A stretch of DNA of 64,000 nucleotides from Eledone cirrhosa. Its lineage: Eukaryota. A program made the position numbers and the translations under genes. The stretch covers positions 127,100,001 to 127,164,000 of the forward strand of contig OZ024745.1 in the NCBI GenBank assembly GCA_964016885.1, written 5' to 3'. Every line of letters starts with the position of its first letter. Positions within the stretch are counted from its first letter, which is position 1. Shown here piece after piece: positions 30,049 through 43,016 of the stretch. Under the pieces are notes generated by a model. The model did no database searches, was not told where the DNA came from, and was given only the letters and a program-made list of their open reading frames with translations.

Positions 30049-30471
30049 TTCGTTTCTGTTTTCGTTTGACAAGATTCTTGATGTGAAATTGAGTGGAAAT
30101 AGATACTGTTATATTTTAGGAAAGTCGTGCTACCAATAAAATATATATAGATACACATACACACACATGGCTACACAGACATGCCCCCCCCTACACACAC
30201 ACCTACACAAACCCACACCCACACACACACACCACAGAAAGACAAAGAGAAAAACACAAGATAGAGTAACTGGAACAGAATCAAAACGAATATGAGACAC
30301 AGGGGTCAGAACTGTTACTGAGAAGGTCACAAAATGTGTGATAAAAGACCTTTGAAAATGAAATATTCATCTGGTTGATAAACCAACTGATGGATGGATT
30401 AGTTACTTTAATAATAAAAACCGAAATGAAACTCAGTTGATGCTCGTGTTTTTATTGGCAGCATGACCCGC

Positions 30472-30512
<41 letters not shown>

Positions 30513-30516
<4 letters not shown>

Positions 30517-30872
30517 AAGTGAGTCCTCATCAGTGACCCTCCAACCGTCCTCGGCATTTCATCGCTTTAAGGGCCATATGCCTCAGGTTGGTGCGAACAA
30601 CGGCTAAAAAAAGTCGTTGGGACACGTAAATAAAGGAGGACGTTAGAGTAACAACAAAAGGGTTATAGCAACGGAAAGTGAGTTTTTGTTGTTACTCTAA
30701 CGTCCCCCTTTATTTAGGTGTCCCAACGACTTTTTTTAGCCGTTGTTCGCACCAACCTGAGGCATATGGCCCTTAAAGCGATGAAATGCCGAGGACGGTT
30801 GGAGGGTCACTGATGAGGACTCACTTTTTCATATGTATCCCATTTGCAACGCCGCAGCTCCATTATTATCAT

Positions 30873-30878
<6 letters not shown>
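30513..30878 (+). mobile_element. Fold-back PLE remnant: 147-bp inverted arms, 24-nt loop, right-side tail
   Basis: 30513-30659 is the reverse complement of 30684-30830 (2 mismatches seen). A ~45-bp unique tail follows, with (TA)n on both sides. Confidence 0.75.
30747..30817 (+). ncRNA. Candidate rearranged hammerhead, locus A (mirror copy on - strand at 30526-30596)
   Basis: tcgc-accaacctga-ggcaT-A-tggccct-taaagcgat-GAA-Atgcc-gaggacggttgg-agggtca-CTGATGA-g. Confidence 0.7.
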
Positions 30879-30917
<39 letters not shown>

Positions 30918-31314
30918 TTTTACGTGAAATAGTCTTTTTCAAGACTATACAGAGCATTTGTAGTTGTCCCAAATTGAAGAATGAGTATTTTAAACTTTAT
31001 TTTATCATGAGGTAAGGCTCTATTGATTTTTCCCTGGATTTCACTAAATTCTGTTGGATAAATCTATATCCTGTTTCTTTTTGAATTGAGTTTGAATTAT
31101 TTTTCCCACATCTTACGTTAACTATTTTCCCATTTTGACGCTTTAGTCACTTATATATTATGGAATACTGTTGGCTTCTTGCTACAATACTTTCTATACC
31201 TTTCATTTATATATATATATATATATATATCGCTCTGTATAATCAGCTCCTAATTATTACTGGAATTCTATAAGAATCCAGCTTCTATAATTTTCGGTGG
31301 AAGCAGGGGAGTAC

Positions 31315-31360
31315 GGGGCTCTGATGATCGCCAACCAGCGTGAAACAGACTGTCAGCTTC
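31315..31360 (+). ncRNA. Type-I minimal hammerhead motif (canonical core)
   Basis: ggggct-CTGATGA-tcgc-caacca-gcgt-GAAAC-agact-GTC-agcttc, in a ~145-bp island between (TA)n tracts. Confidence 0.8.
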
Positions 31361-31415
31361 TCTCCCTTCTTTAATATATATAATATATATATGTATGTAT
31401 ATATATATGTGTGTT

Positions 31416-31455
<40 letters not shown>

Positions 31456-32056
31456 TACATACACACACACATACATTTATGAGGGAGAGGTGTATTCAGT
31501 GTTATATAATGACAGACATATTAGCTACGACTTAGTTGACATATATACAGACATGTATATGTATGTATGTATATATATGTGTGTGTGTGTGTGTATATAT
31601 ATTTGTGCGTTTCTGTGTGTGCATTAGAATGTATGTTTGCATGAGTATGGTTACGTGTGTTTTCTTGCATGCGTCTGTCTGTATGTGTGTGCGTGTGTGT
31701 GTGTGTGCGTGTGCGTGTGCGTGTGTGTGTGTGTGTGTGAGTAGATCAGAACATAGTGGCAGAACCAAAAAAGAGGGAAATCTTACAGAGAAAATAAATT
31801 GCTGTCATGTGAGAATGAAAAAAACATGTTAATAAGGCAACGCCCTTGGATATTGCTGTTATTGTTGTTGTTGTTTTACTCTATCTTTCAGAGATGTAAC
31901 TAAGGCTAGATTCCTCAATGTGTCAATACTTTCTTTAATGACGGCTAGGACGCGGTTTCTGGAAGATTTGGCTATTTCTAGCAAAGATGTCCTCCCGTCC
32001 TGACTGCATTGTGGACCCGGTCAGCTGTGACAAGATGTATGAGGTGTAGGGTTTAA

Positions 32057-32273
32057 CCCTTTAGCATTCAAACCGGTCATATCCGGCCAGAATTCTTTCA
32101 CGTCTTTCTGTTCAAACCGGCCGTAACTGGCCACTCATATTGATGTTAAGGTACTGTTCTCAAAATAAATAATATCAAAATCTCATAGATTCGATATTAA
32201 GTGAGATATGTGAGAAAGCATTTACCACTAAAATACAATAGTATATATATAGAGTAATGTAAATGTTAAAGGG
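32057..32273. mobile_element. piggyBac-like MITE
   Basis: TTAA|ccctttagcatt ... aatgttaaaggg|TTAA (TIR 11/12 identical, TTAA TSD). Confidence 0.75.
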
Positions 32274-32619
32274 TTAAAGTGCTGTAGCGGTCCGAATCTT
32301 CAACCTGGAAAAAAAAAAAACCAACAGAATATTTGCTATGTTAGCTTATTATAACCATATCTCCATATTGTCGACCGGGGCCCAGTTGCGGAGGGCAATT
32401 TAGTTGGTGATGGAGGATACTCGTTCAGACGTCACTTCGACATGCATCTTTAGAGAAAGAGCCTAATTTTTTTTTTTTATTGTGACACAATACACTTACT
32501 CTGTTAAATCTGAAATAGGATTAGTCAGTAAGAACACTTGAAGTAACTTTAATACTAACATTAGGTTAACCACCAACATACAATTATGAAATGATAGCAA
32601 CACTGTCATTAGCTGTTGT

Positions 32620-32832
32620 AATAATTGTTTCTACTTTAGGCACAAGGCCAGCAATTTGAAGGGAAGAGGAAAGTCGATTAAATCGAACCAATGTATTACT
32701 GGTGCTTTATTTTATCGGCCCCGTAAGGATGAAAGGCAAAGCTAACCTCGGCGGGTTTTGAACTCAGAACGTAAAGGGACGTAACTCTATGCAGCGAAGC
32801 ATGTTGTCCGACGCTCTACCGATAATGCCAAA
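32620..32832 (-). mobile_element. SINE family 1
   Basis: Match to the family consensus. Confidence 0.85.
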
Positions 32833-33614
32833 TAATATCAATAATAAACATATGTCACTTACAAACATTTAACAAGATGGAAAGGTTGATAGTGTAAAAA
32901 TATACACACATATATATACACCAGGTCTTGTTTCACAGAAAGACAGACATCTTATCTCAGTGTTTCATTACAGATTATCCACTTATTGCTAATGTTGTTT
33001 CAATTTAGTTAAAGAGGAATTGTCTGAAAATATAAATAGTTCGTTTGAGTGAAATTATAAGTCCATATAAACCAAAAGTTGCACATATAAGTTTGACCAT
33101 CAAGATGTAAAACCAATCAACAGTATTTTAATCTATCGTATGCTACGTTTCCTTCAAAATAAGGTTAACTCCATCCAGTTTATAAAACCATATCAAGGGT
33201 GTATTAGATTGACCGTTACACATTCTGGTGTGGTGTAATAAAAATAATATATAACTATACAAACTGAAAGACATGATATAATAATGGGAGGGCTCAAACG
33301 ACACTACCTGAAATACAACCACAGCCGGCTATTGGCACATATTCTTCATTGACCTTACATAGATCAATTAACAGTTCCTAAAAATAAAAAGATTCAAACC
33401 TTCTTGAATGTACCTCGTAGTACGACCATGAAAGGCATCTTTTTTGGTTCGTTTTGCTAATGTTTTGTTTTGTTTTTAAATTTTATTTATGTTATTATAT
33501 ATCGCTATTAGCAGACCTGTCAACTCTCCCCGTCGGACGGCGAGATCTTCCCGTTTGGGCTCATTTCTCTCCATCTCCTCGTTTTTTGTGAAAATGGGTA
33601 TAGCTTTCATTATA

Positions 33615-33806
33615 GGGCAGTGGATTGGCAGTATCAGTAGAGGGTCGGACGACATGCTTTGCAGCAAAGAGTTACGGCCCTTGCCATTCTGAGTTCAAAT
33701 CCCGCCGAGGTTAACTTTGCCTTTCATCCTTACGGGGTCGATAAAATAAAGTACCAGTAATACACTGGGATAATTGCTGGCCTTGTGCCAAAAGTAGAAA
33801 CAATTA
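33615..33806 (+). mobile_element. SINE family 1
   Basis: Full-length match. Confidence 0.85.
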
Positions 33807-34915
33807 TGTATCTCCCCATGCCTCATTTCTTCCCATTGTGGGGCAACTTTATTCGTGGTACTCCCCTTTTGGGTTTTTAGAGGCTGGCAGGTCTGTATTA
33901 GTAAATGATAGCGTCGTTGGTTTGCAGATTTTTCAAAGGAGCTAATCATTAGTTTCATGTATTTCTGACAGCCAGGTTGACAAACGAGTGACTACCAATA
34001 TTAAAGTACCGTCTTTGTTTTTAATTTTTATTTTTATATTAATAAACTTTATCAAATTTATTGAACAAACTTTACACAATGATGAAAATATTAAAAAAGG
34101 ACAAAAACCAAATTAAGAAATGGAAAAAAAAAATGAGTCAAAAGGGTAAAGAAGAGCAGGTCTGGCTGTATAGTAAAGGAAGGGACTATATTTTTCGGTT
34201 TTCCCGTCGATGCTTTATATATATCCTACGCTGACATTTTCAGCTGTTGTCTGTATTTAGGATTTTAGGTACACATTTCTCAAAACACATCCCTTTTATA
34301 TTTCTATTTTATTTTTGTATTTTGATATGTACTCCTTCAACTTACTGTTGTTGGATTTTATTTTTTATTTTTTTTTTTTGCATTTGCAACGGCGAAGTTG
34401 GTGGAGTGTGTTTTCGTGTGTTTGTTGTGTGTGTGTTGTTTTTTTTACTGTGATTGTATGGTTTTCTGTTGTTGTTTTTGATCTGGTAGTGGTTTGGTTG
34501 TGTTTTTTTTTTTGTTTTTTTCTGTTGCTCTTCATATTGTTATGGTAGTTATACTGACATGTGACTGCTTTGTGGTCTTTCGGGCGTTCCGTCTACCTTT
34601 CTGATTTTGTGGTGAGTTCCCACTAGTTTGATAAAATAACAAACATATAAAACACCCTAAAGTATGAAAAAGTTACGCAGGGAGGACCAAGGATATCCTA
34701 AACCGCTAACGTCATTTTTCTTCTCTCTATCTTAATTTCCATACAAAACAATATTTTCTCTTTTTATCCATATTTCATGAGGTTTTTTCTGAAGAGCAGC
34801 CTCGATTTCCGCTTCAATTGTTACTTGAATAAATTGGAGAGGATTTTTAAAAAATTCTTTTTGTCGAGGGATCAATGACTTGTCCTCATCACTTTCAGCC
34901 TCGCTTACAATAACG

Positions 34916-34959
<44 letters not shown>

Positions 34960-34960
<1 letters not shown>

Positions 34961-35115
34961 AAGGCGGGTAAAATTCCCGAGATCCATGGACGAGTTCTCT
35001 CCAGCGGTCTCTGTCCCTCATTATCGCTGCCATGTCCTGCGTCTCCAACAGACCAGTGTCTGTCCTTAGGGCATCAACATACGTTAACCTTGGTCTTCCT
35101 CTTCTAGTGTGTCCA
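34960..35115 (-). mobile_element. RTE-like LINE extreme 3' end
   Basis: RRGRPRLTYVD.L..DTGL......MRDRDRWRELV. Confidence 0.7.
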
Positions 35116-35158
35116 TGTATATATATGTGTATGTGTATGGATATAAAAAACACACCTC

Positions 35159-35207
<49 letters not shown>

Positions 35208-35353
35208 GTGTGTTTTTTAAATGAAAAAAAACGAGATGTCCTACACGAGTGAAAGTATAAGGAAAAAAGATGAAATCGAAAATGCAACTGGAGTCTTTTT
35301 AAGAATCTGTATTTGTTTCCTTTACCAGTTTCACGGTTCTTATGCTTTTCATA

Positions 35354-35557
35354 TATATTTAATATAGAAATGGCTTCTACAGGACTAGAACTATTACATT
35401 CTGGAGAAATCATCAGGAAGCTTCCTGATGATTTCTCCCGAATAAAATAGTTCTAGTCCTGTAGAAGTCATTTCTATGTTAAATATTTATACTCTGCTAA
35501 GTGTTGAGTACCTTACTTTTTGTGGTTACCCCCGATTGAACCCGGGATAAACTTACA
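35354..35557 (+). mobile_element. Fold-back PLE remnant with zero-loop palindrome and tail
   Basis: Palindrome 35354-35487 is centred on gaag|cttc (35420/35421) and contains CTGATGA-tttctcccgaat-aaaa...GTC. A tail runs to the (TA)n. Confidence 0.6.
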
Positions 35558-35574
35558 TATATATATATATATAT

Positions 35575-36680
35575 GAAAAAGAACACAAGAGCGTCTACAA
35601 CATCAAAAGATTTTTATTGGCTAACAATGTTTCTTCCTTGCGTGTAACCGTAGGATTCATCAGAGCTATAAAAGGGGTTTGATTGGTGTTATGGACTCTA
35701 CCAACCAAACACCCAAGAACAAAGAGTAAAGAGAGTAAAGAGCAAAAGTAGGGGACGATAAGTCTAATTTTGGTGCGGGAGGGTGGGGTGTTGGTCCTTG
35801 TTTACTAGCTGCGGTCATATTCATTCCCGGGGGTCGGGTGGTTAGCTGAACCATAGATGGGGTGGCGTGGATAGTATGGTGCAGAGGGTGCGCAGAGGCT
35901 ACACAAACACAAAGGGCGTAGAATACATATATACATATAGCGGAGGAGAAGGTACATGAGGTAATTAGAAATGGAAAAAGAGTAATAATAATAATCTATA
36001 ATTAATAGTGTATAATAAGGCATGGGGAAGATTACACTATAATAAGGTATAAAGGTAGGAATAAGGTAAAATATAAAGGAGGATAAAAGTGGAAATAATA
36101 ATAAAGATAAAAAATATATAGAGAATATATAAGGAAATATAAGCGAATATTTGGAGGGGAAAACACAATGTAAAAAAACCGATTTTTTTCAAACAATAAT
36201 AAAAAATAATAAAAATATAATAATTATGGGGGGAGAAAACAGGATAGAGAAATATGGTCAAGTGTGATTCGTTGAGAGAATATAGGATGATAACAGTTGT
36301 GTCCGGTTTATACATCTTAATAATAAATAATAAACAATATGTGTATTAGAGTTGCAGAACCTTCAATTCACTTACGGGTTCAAGCCACGTGGCATGGTCC
36401 ATTGTTTATCTTTGGAATTTACAAACTTGTGCATCTGCTGTGGTGTCAAAAACAAACGCACATGACCGCGCCAATCAAACCCCTTTTATAGCTCTGATGA
36501 AACCTACGGTTACACGTAAGGAAGAAACATTGTTAGCCAATAAAAATCTTTTGATGTTGTAGACGCTCTTGTGTTCTTTTTCATATATACGGCTCTGCTC
36601 CAAAGCATAGAGCTAATTATTATGCTGCCAATACCTTAACGGGACACGGGTATATAATACCTAACTCCTACTAACCTAAG
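35575..36680. mobile_element. PLE remnant with ~110-bp terminal inverted pLTRs, each containing a hammerhead
   Basis: 35575-35686 is inverted relative to 36471-36582. The body is purine-rich on + (a UTR on -), the tail is 36583-36680, and (TA)n flanks both ends. Confidence 0.75.
36484..36545 (+). ncRNA. Type-I minimal hammerhead motif (mirror copy on - strand at 35612-35673)
   Basis: ttttat-a-gct-CTGATGA-aacctacg-gttaca-cgtaaggaa-GAAAC-att-GTT-agc-ca-ataaaa. Confidence 0.7.
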
Positions 36681-36797
36681 TATATATATATATATATATA
36701 TATAAGTTGTAATGGAATGAAACGAAATTCCATTTCTCACTCTTAGTACGGCATATATATGCATGCTACTGTACGTCTGTATACATATATGTACATA

Positions 36798-36842
<45 letters not shown>

Positions 36843-37134
36843 TCTAGGCGGCAAAACGAACTTGATTGATTCACACAACAAACAATACGTCATACTCTGT
36901 ATACCAGCAGTTTGAGGTCTTTATGTCACAAGTCAGCTATGCGTGGACACTAGACGAATACATACAGGATAGTGTTTCGTTTTCCGATCATCTCGTTCAG
37001 ATCCTGTTAATGTCATTATTTTAGTTAAAGAGATTATCCTGAATTGGCATCCCATTTCCATATTATCTATAATTCAGGTTTAAAATCCTTCGGAAAAGCC
37101 ATTAAACACATTTTTAATATTACTAAGATACCAG

Positions 37135-37400
37135 GGCGGTGGATTGGCAGTATCGGTGGCGCGTCGGACAATATGATTTATGGCATAGAGTTACGGCCCT
37201 TTACGATCTAAGTTCAAATTCTGACGAGGTCAGCTTTGCTTTTCATCCTTATGGGGTCGATAAATAAAGCACCAGTAACGCACTGAAGAAAAAAGAAAAC
37301 GCCGTGCTCGATAAAATAAAAAAAATAAAGTACCAGTTGGTTTAATCGACTTTCCCCTCCCCTCCAAAAAAATGTTAGCCTTGTTTCTAAATCAGAAACC
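37135..37400 (+). mobile_element. SINE family 1 (with internal duplication)
   Basis: Match to consensus; followed by an older related SINE at 37423-37535. Confidence 0.75.
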
Positions 37401-37724
37401 AATATTACTAAAATACTAAGATGGGCGGTCAATTTAGCTGAGTCGTTAGATGGTCGGAATTTGATCCGGGCTTGTGTTCTGAGCTCAAATCTCACCGAGG
37501 TCAACTTCCCTTTCATCCTTTCGGAGTCGATAAAGAACGAATCACATCATTGCTGGTAAAGCTTTCTTTCTTTCCTAACAAGTCATACTCGATTGCAAGT
37601 GACGGGCGTAGTTAGTTATAGTTAATACTACTGACAAAAACGACCAAAACAACATCAACAAAAACAAGAAATTTCAAATATATGTTCCCCGTTTTCATTT
37701 TGTACCACACACATCGTAGTCAAG

Positions 37725-37777
<53 letters not shown>

Positions 37778-37965
37778 TCTCTCTCTACCCCTCTCCCTCT
37801 CTCTCTCTACCAGATAATTTACATTTCATTCAAATTTTTCTTCATTTTAATCTTTCTCTATGCACCATTTCATATTTACAAGACAGCTTCAGTAGATCTA
37901 TTGTGACCTCCTTTACAACAAACCTCAGCAATAATCTACTTGCACTCGCTTTCTCTCTCCCCACC

Positions 37966-38116
<151 letters not shown>

Positions 38117-38235
38117 AATATGGAACAACTCGGCGTAAGGAAGCTGTTAAAACAGCAAAATGCCGTCGAAGCGGCGTTGGGTAAAATATTACCTCGAAGG
38201 ACAGAAATCAGCTGCTCGATATTCGAGTTAATTTT

Positions 38236-38275
<40 letters not shown>

Positions 38276-38288
38276 GTGTGTGTGTATG

Positions 38289-38341
<53 letters not shown>

Positions 38342-40917
38342 ATATTATATAATTTCACTCTCTCTCGTCACCTTTCTCTCTTCACTCCCTCTCTCTATAT
38401 ATCTCCCTCATCCTTTTTCTCTCTCTTTCTTTCTTTCTCTCTTTCTCACAGACCCCTCCCTTCTCTCGCTCTCTCTCTCTCTCAACGAAATAGTTTTACC
38501 AGATCTGACCTACCCTCACACAAAACCCTCCTCATGGTCCTCTCTTCTCTCAATAAAAAGAGCTTCCTGCTTGAAATATATCTTCCTCATAAATCCGACC
38601 ACTGTTTCGCTTCCATACTATATTCCAGCTTTATTAGTTGTTGCTGCATAATTTGCATATTTTCATTTCGATATGTTTAAATGTTATGACACGTTTCTCG
38701 ACGGTGAAAGAACGATGCTTTTGATGCTTGTTTTAATAGAAAAGGCGTGAACCTTTTTTTAGTATTTGGAATTGTGAGTACACAAGAACCTGTAAGCCTT
38801 CATCTGTGCTGAGAAAAATAATCTTTAATTTTATAAATTCATGGGTATGTAAGTTATTTTAACTTTGTCCGATTGGATACTAATGTGGCGAATTGGCAGA
38901 CTCGTTAGGACATCGGATAGAACTCTTCGCAGTATTTTTCTGGCTTTCAACGCACTCACAGTTCAAATTCTACTTAGGTCATATTTGCTTTTCATTCTTT
39001 CGAGGTCTAGAGAAAATGTACCAGTCCGGTACTGGAGCTGATTCTTCTGTTTATTTACTTCTCACTTCCTTTCTCTTACTTTCTGGAAGAAATCAATTAT
39101 GAAAGGAGATAGGCACTGCTAGGTTTAAAGTGCCCAAGACACGCCATTAATATTCAATATTTTACTAATCAGTGATAAATGTATATGATTAACTTATGAG
39201 TTATGCTACATACATGTAGCATAATGAGGTACTTATTTGTGGCGGCGTTCACCACGGGTGGGTTGGGTTTGAGCCGACACCATCGATGGAATTCACGGTT
39301 TAAGTTCATTACAATGGAGTTTCTTCGGGTGATTGGTTTCACAAGTGGTCCCAAACCGTAGAAATGCGCTGCACTTTAGGATAGTGCAATCTAAGCATTA
39401 CATCGGTTATAGCACCGAACTCCCGCATTCACACACAACCCAATTTGGTGCAGCCAGTGCCGCGACAGGGACACATGGGTTAGAAGTTTGGCCGACAGAG
39501 GTGATAAACACAATCTATTTGAGCCATTTTGTAGGTCAACAGGAGCTCAGCCCCACTGCCCATCTCAGACATACCGACCTTGATACATTGGCAAGTAACC
39601 GAAAAGAATAAAAGAAATAAATCTGAGACGAGCAACCCCGCTCGAATCGTAAGCCCATGACAGCTGATCTACCTGGCCCCATCCTCCTCTCTTCGACCTG
39701 GCCTGCCAATATATAACGTTGTATTTACAGAATCTTACATTACTTAATGGATGTACATGTTATGGTATTTATGTTCTACTTCCTACGATGTTTACATTCA
39801 ATTTAGCTTGGTTTTCTCCTCAATTATTTAAAAACAAACCAACTTTAATATTCTATTACTGTTCTCAATGTCAACAATTATCTGATTTTCTTTCACATTT
39901 GAATGGTAATATTGCTAAGAATATCATTGTTAAATATATCAATGCGATATCACATTCTCTCCTTATCATAAGACAGATTGTGAAGTTTGTGATATATTAC
40001 GTATTCTATATTTTTAGTATTTTAATGTAACATTCGTAATTCGTGGTTTAGTGGTTTTGAACATTGGATTCACAAACATGAAATTGTAAATTTGATTCAT
40101 AGACCGAGAGACATGTTGTTTCCTTGAGCAAGACACTTTATTTCATGTTGCTCCAATTCAGCTATAGAAATGAGTTGCAACATCGCAGGTGCCAAGCTGC
40201 ATTAGCCTTTGTCTTTCTCTTGGTTAACATCAATGGCGTGGAGATGAAACACTGGTATGCATTGACAGCTACAGGTCTCCCAGATGTAAATATATTTAAA
40301 AATTTCATCTTTAACGATGAGGTTTCTTAAACTTCTGCAGGTTTAACTGGTTTCTTGCGAGATTGCATCTCATAGGAGGTTTCTATTGTGTTTTAATTAT
40401 AGAAACCTCCAGCCCTATGAAAAAAATACATCTTCTTTAAGAATATAACATGCGGGAGACAATCCCTTCTTCAGTTGTCTGCTGGGGATCACGGACAATT
40501 CAACGCATCAAAGAAAATATGTCTATGCTCTCCCTAATTCACCGTCAACAAAAGCTTCCGACTTATGTTCAGTGGCTGTTTTTTACCTCTCTCTCTCTCT
40601 CTATCTCCCTCCCCCCTCTCTCTCTCTCTTTCTCTCTCCCTCTCCTGGTTACTTACATGTGCTTCTCGTGTTTCTCTCTTTTTTGGCATGTTTTTTGTTT
40701 TACTATATATATATATATATGCAAGTGGAAGCTTAGTAAAATTGAAGCTTTGGCTCTGGCCAAGCAAAGTCGACCTACAATAAAGAATGAGTTAGCAAAG
40801 CACTCAATAAGGGTAGGTCCTTCGAGTAATAACATACGTTTAAATAGCTTGACAAATTGAAAATTGCGGTAGGCAAAACCCAACCACACAATACCAAACT
40901 AGCAAAAGAACTAATCA

Positions 40918-40964
<47 letters not shown>

Positions 40965-41017
40965 AGAATTGAGTGCTGCGTGGTTGCACATGGGTTACAT
41001 ATGAATAAAATTAGTCC

Positions 41018-41074
41018 TTCATCAGTGATTTTCCAACTTTCATTGGTATTTCATCGCTTTAAAAATCATATACC
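41018..41074 (-). ncRNA. Candidate rearranged hammerhead, locus B (5'-truncated by TA repeat)
   Basis: ggtaT-A-tgatttt-taaagcgat-GAA-Atacc-aatgaaagttgg-aaaatca-CTGATGA-a. It lies in 40961-41085, a diverged relative of the 30.5-kb element including its tail. Confidence 0.65.
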
Positions 41075-41081
41075 TATTCAG

Positions 41082-41133
<52 letters not shown>

Positions 41134-41134
41134 A

Positions 41135-42465
41135 GGGATAACAAAATATCGTTATAGGTAATCCGGTTAGAGGTTGTGAATACTTGTTATTATGGATAGT
41201 TTTAGCGTACGGCGTTGTTTGACTCAACAAGAGGTTTACGTAGGTGGCGAGTTTATGATTTAACTTGTATTCCTATGTAAGCTTATCTTGGAGTAATAAA
41301 ATTGAAAAAGTGAAGAATGACATGGTCAACAGTACAAAAAAAAAAGGGATTTATTTACAGTCTGACAATTGTTTCACTTATTAAGTTGTCTAAAAATTGC
41401 TTTTCCAAATTTTAAAATACAACAAAATGCTACTTAACAGTAAAATCGAAAGAACTATTTTCTGTAGGCATAAAACGGCGACCAAATTTGAGAACTTTAG
41501 ACCAGCCTAATTCATCCAATCTATTCCATAGCTCAAATTGTACCACTTAGATCTATTATAATATCTTATAATATCCCATTATGATCATTATTATTATAAT
41601 TGTCATCATCTATCAATGAACCAGCATCATAACCTCTTATATTTTACATTCATATTTTATATATCTCTATCTTTCACTTTCTATCTTTCTATTTCTCTCC
41701 CTAAATTTATTTCATCTCTGGCATTTTATCTTATTCTATCTTATCATATCATTTTCACTTCTAATATAACTTACAACTAATTAATCAAATAATTAATTAA
41801 TTATATAATTAATTTATTAAAATAACCAATACACATAAATATATTTAACATTATCATGTTTACACCTTCGTAGCTCTCTATATTTTAATCACTCTCAATA
41901 ATCTTAATATGTTTAAATTTCTTCCCACATTTTTACTTATTTATTTTCATATTTTGTATTATTTTGTATCATCCTCGATGTAACTTGTTTACTTATTTAT
42001 TTACATTTAGTCATGTATTAACATTAATTCATTTATTGTCGTTATCATTATTTTCCCTCTATTTTTCTTACTCTCTACCTTTATTTCTCCTCTATCCTTT
42101 TCTCTCCTCTTTCTCTCCTCCTTTCTCTATGTCTTTTTCTCTGTATTTTTCTCTCTATATATCTTTCTCTGTTTTCCTTTCTCATTTTTCTTTTTCCTTT
42201 TTCTTTCTTTCTTTTATCTATCTCTCTTTCTTTTTTTCTCTCTCTATCTTTATTATTAATATTATTAATGATGCTGTAATTTTAATTTGTAAATTTAATG
42301 TATATATATTTTAGTTTCTCCGATGATCTGATTAAGCTAACATCGTATTTAAAATTGAGTGGCACTGCTTCTAGTGTTCAACAATTTTTAGACAACTTAA
42401 TCAGTAAAACAATTATCCCCTTTAAATCCCTTTTTCTGTACTGTTGACCATGTTATTCTTCACTT
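41135..42465 (+). mobile_element. PLE remnant: tail, short inverted pLTR, GIY-YIG C-terminus, 3' UTR, pLTR
   Basis: 41406-41510 encodes QILKYNKMLLNSKIERTIFCRHKTATKFENFRPA*, homologous to the end of the 4856 ORF. 41308-41399 is inverted relative to 42382-42465. A decayed hammerhead lies at 42316-42417. Confidence 0.7.
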
Positions 42466-42486
42466 ATATATATATATATATATATT

Positions 42487-43016
42487 AGGGTAAATATTGA
42501 TGCAATTCAATTCAAGCACTCAACGTACTTTTTCCACATAGGAGTGACGGAGTAAATATCGAATAAGGAAAAGCGAAGTAGTTTCAGATGTTCAAGTCCT
42601 TTAATAATAATGCTGTGATATATATTTCAGTGACGACACTGGCCACACTGTTCTGTGTGCGAGTGTCGTGTCATCATCAGACAGCTTGTTACATAATAAG
42701 GTTATGTTTCCGAGGCAATCCAAATTGGATCGACAAGGGAACGGATGAATTGCGTGTTCTTGGGTTTTTCGTCCGCTCCCTTGAATTGGTACTCACAAGG
42801 GAACGGACGAAAAACCCAAGAACACGCAATTCATCCGTTCCCTTGTCGATCCAATTTGGATTGCCTCGGAAACATAACCTTATTATGTAACAAGCTGTCT
42901 GATGATGACACGACACTCGCACACAGAACAGTGTGGCCAGTGTCGTCACTGAAATATATATCACAGCATTATTATTAAAGGACTTGAACATCTGAAACTA
43001 CTTCGCTTTTCCTTAT

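Noticed and set aside
33615-33710. tRNA genes at A/B-box motifs
   Set aside because: These are SINE heads continuing into a shared core and tail; no cloverleaf.
42588-42991. Twin 100-aa ORFs on opposite strands
   Set aside because: Consequence of the palindrome; no protein motif.
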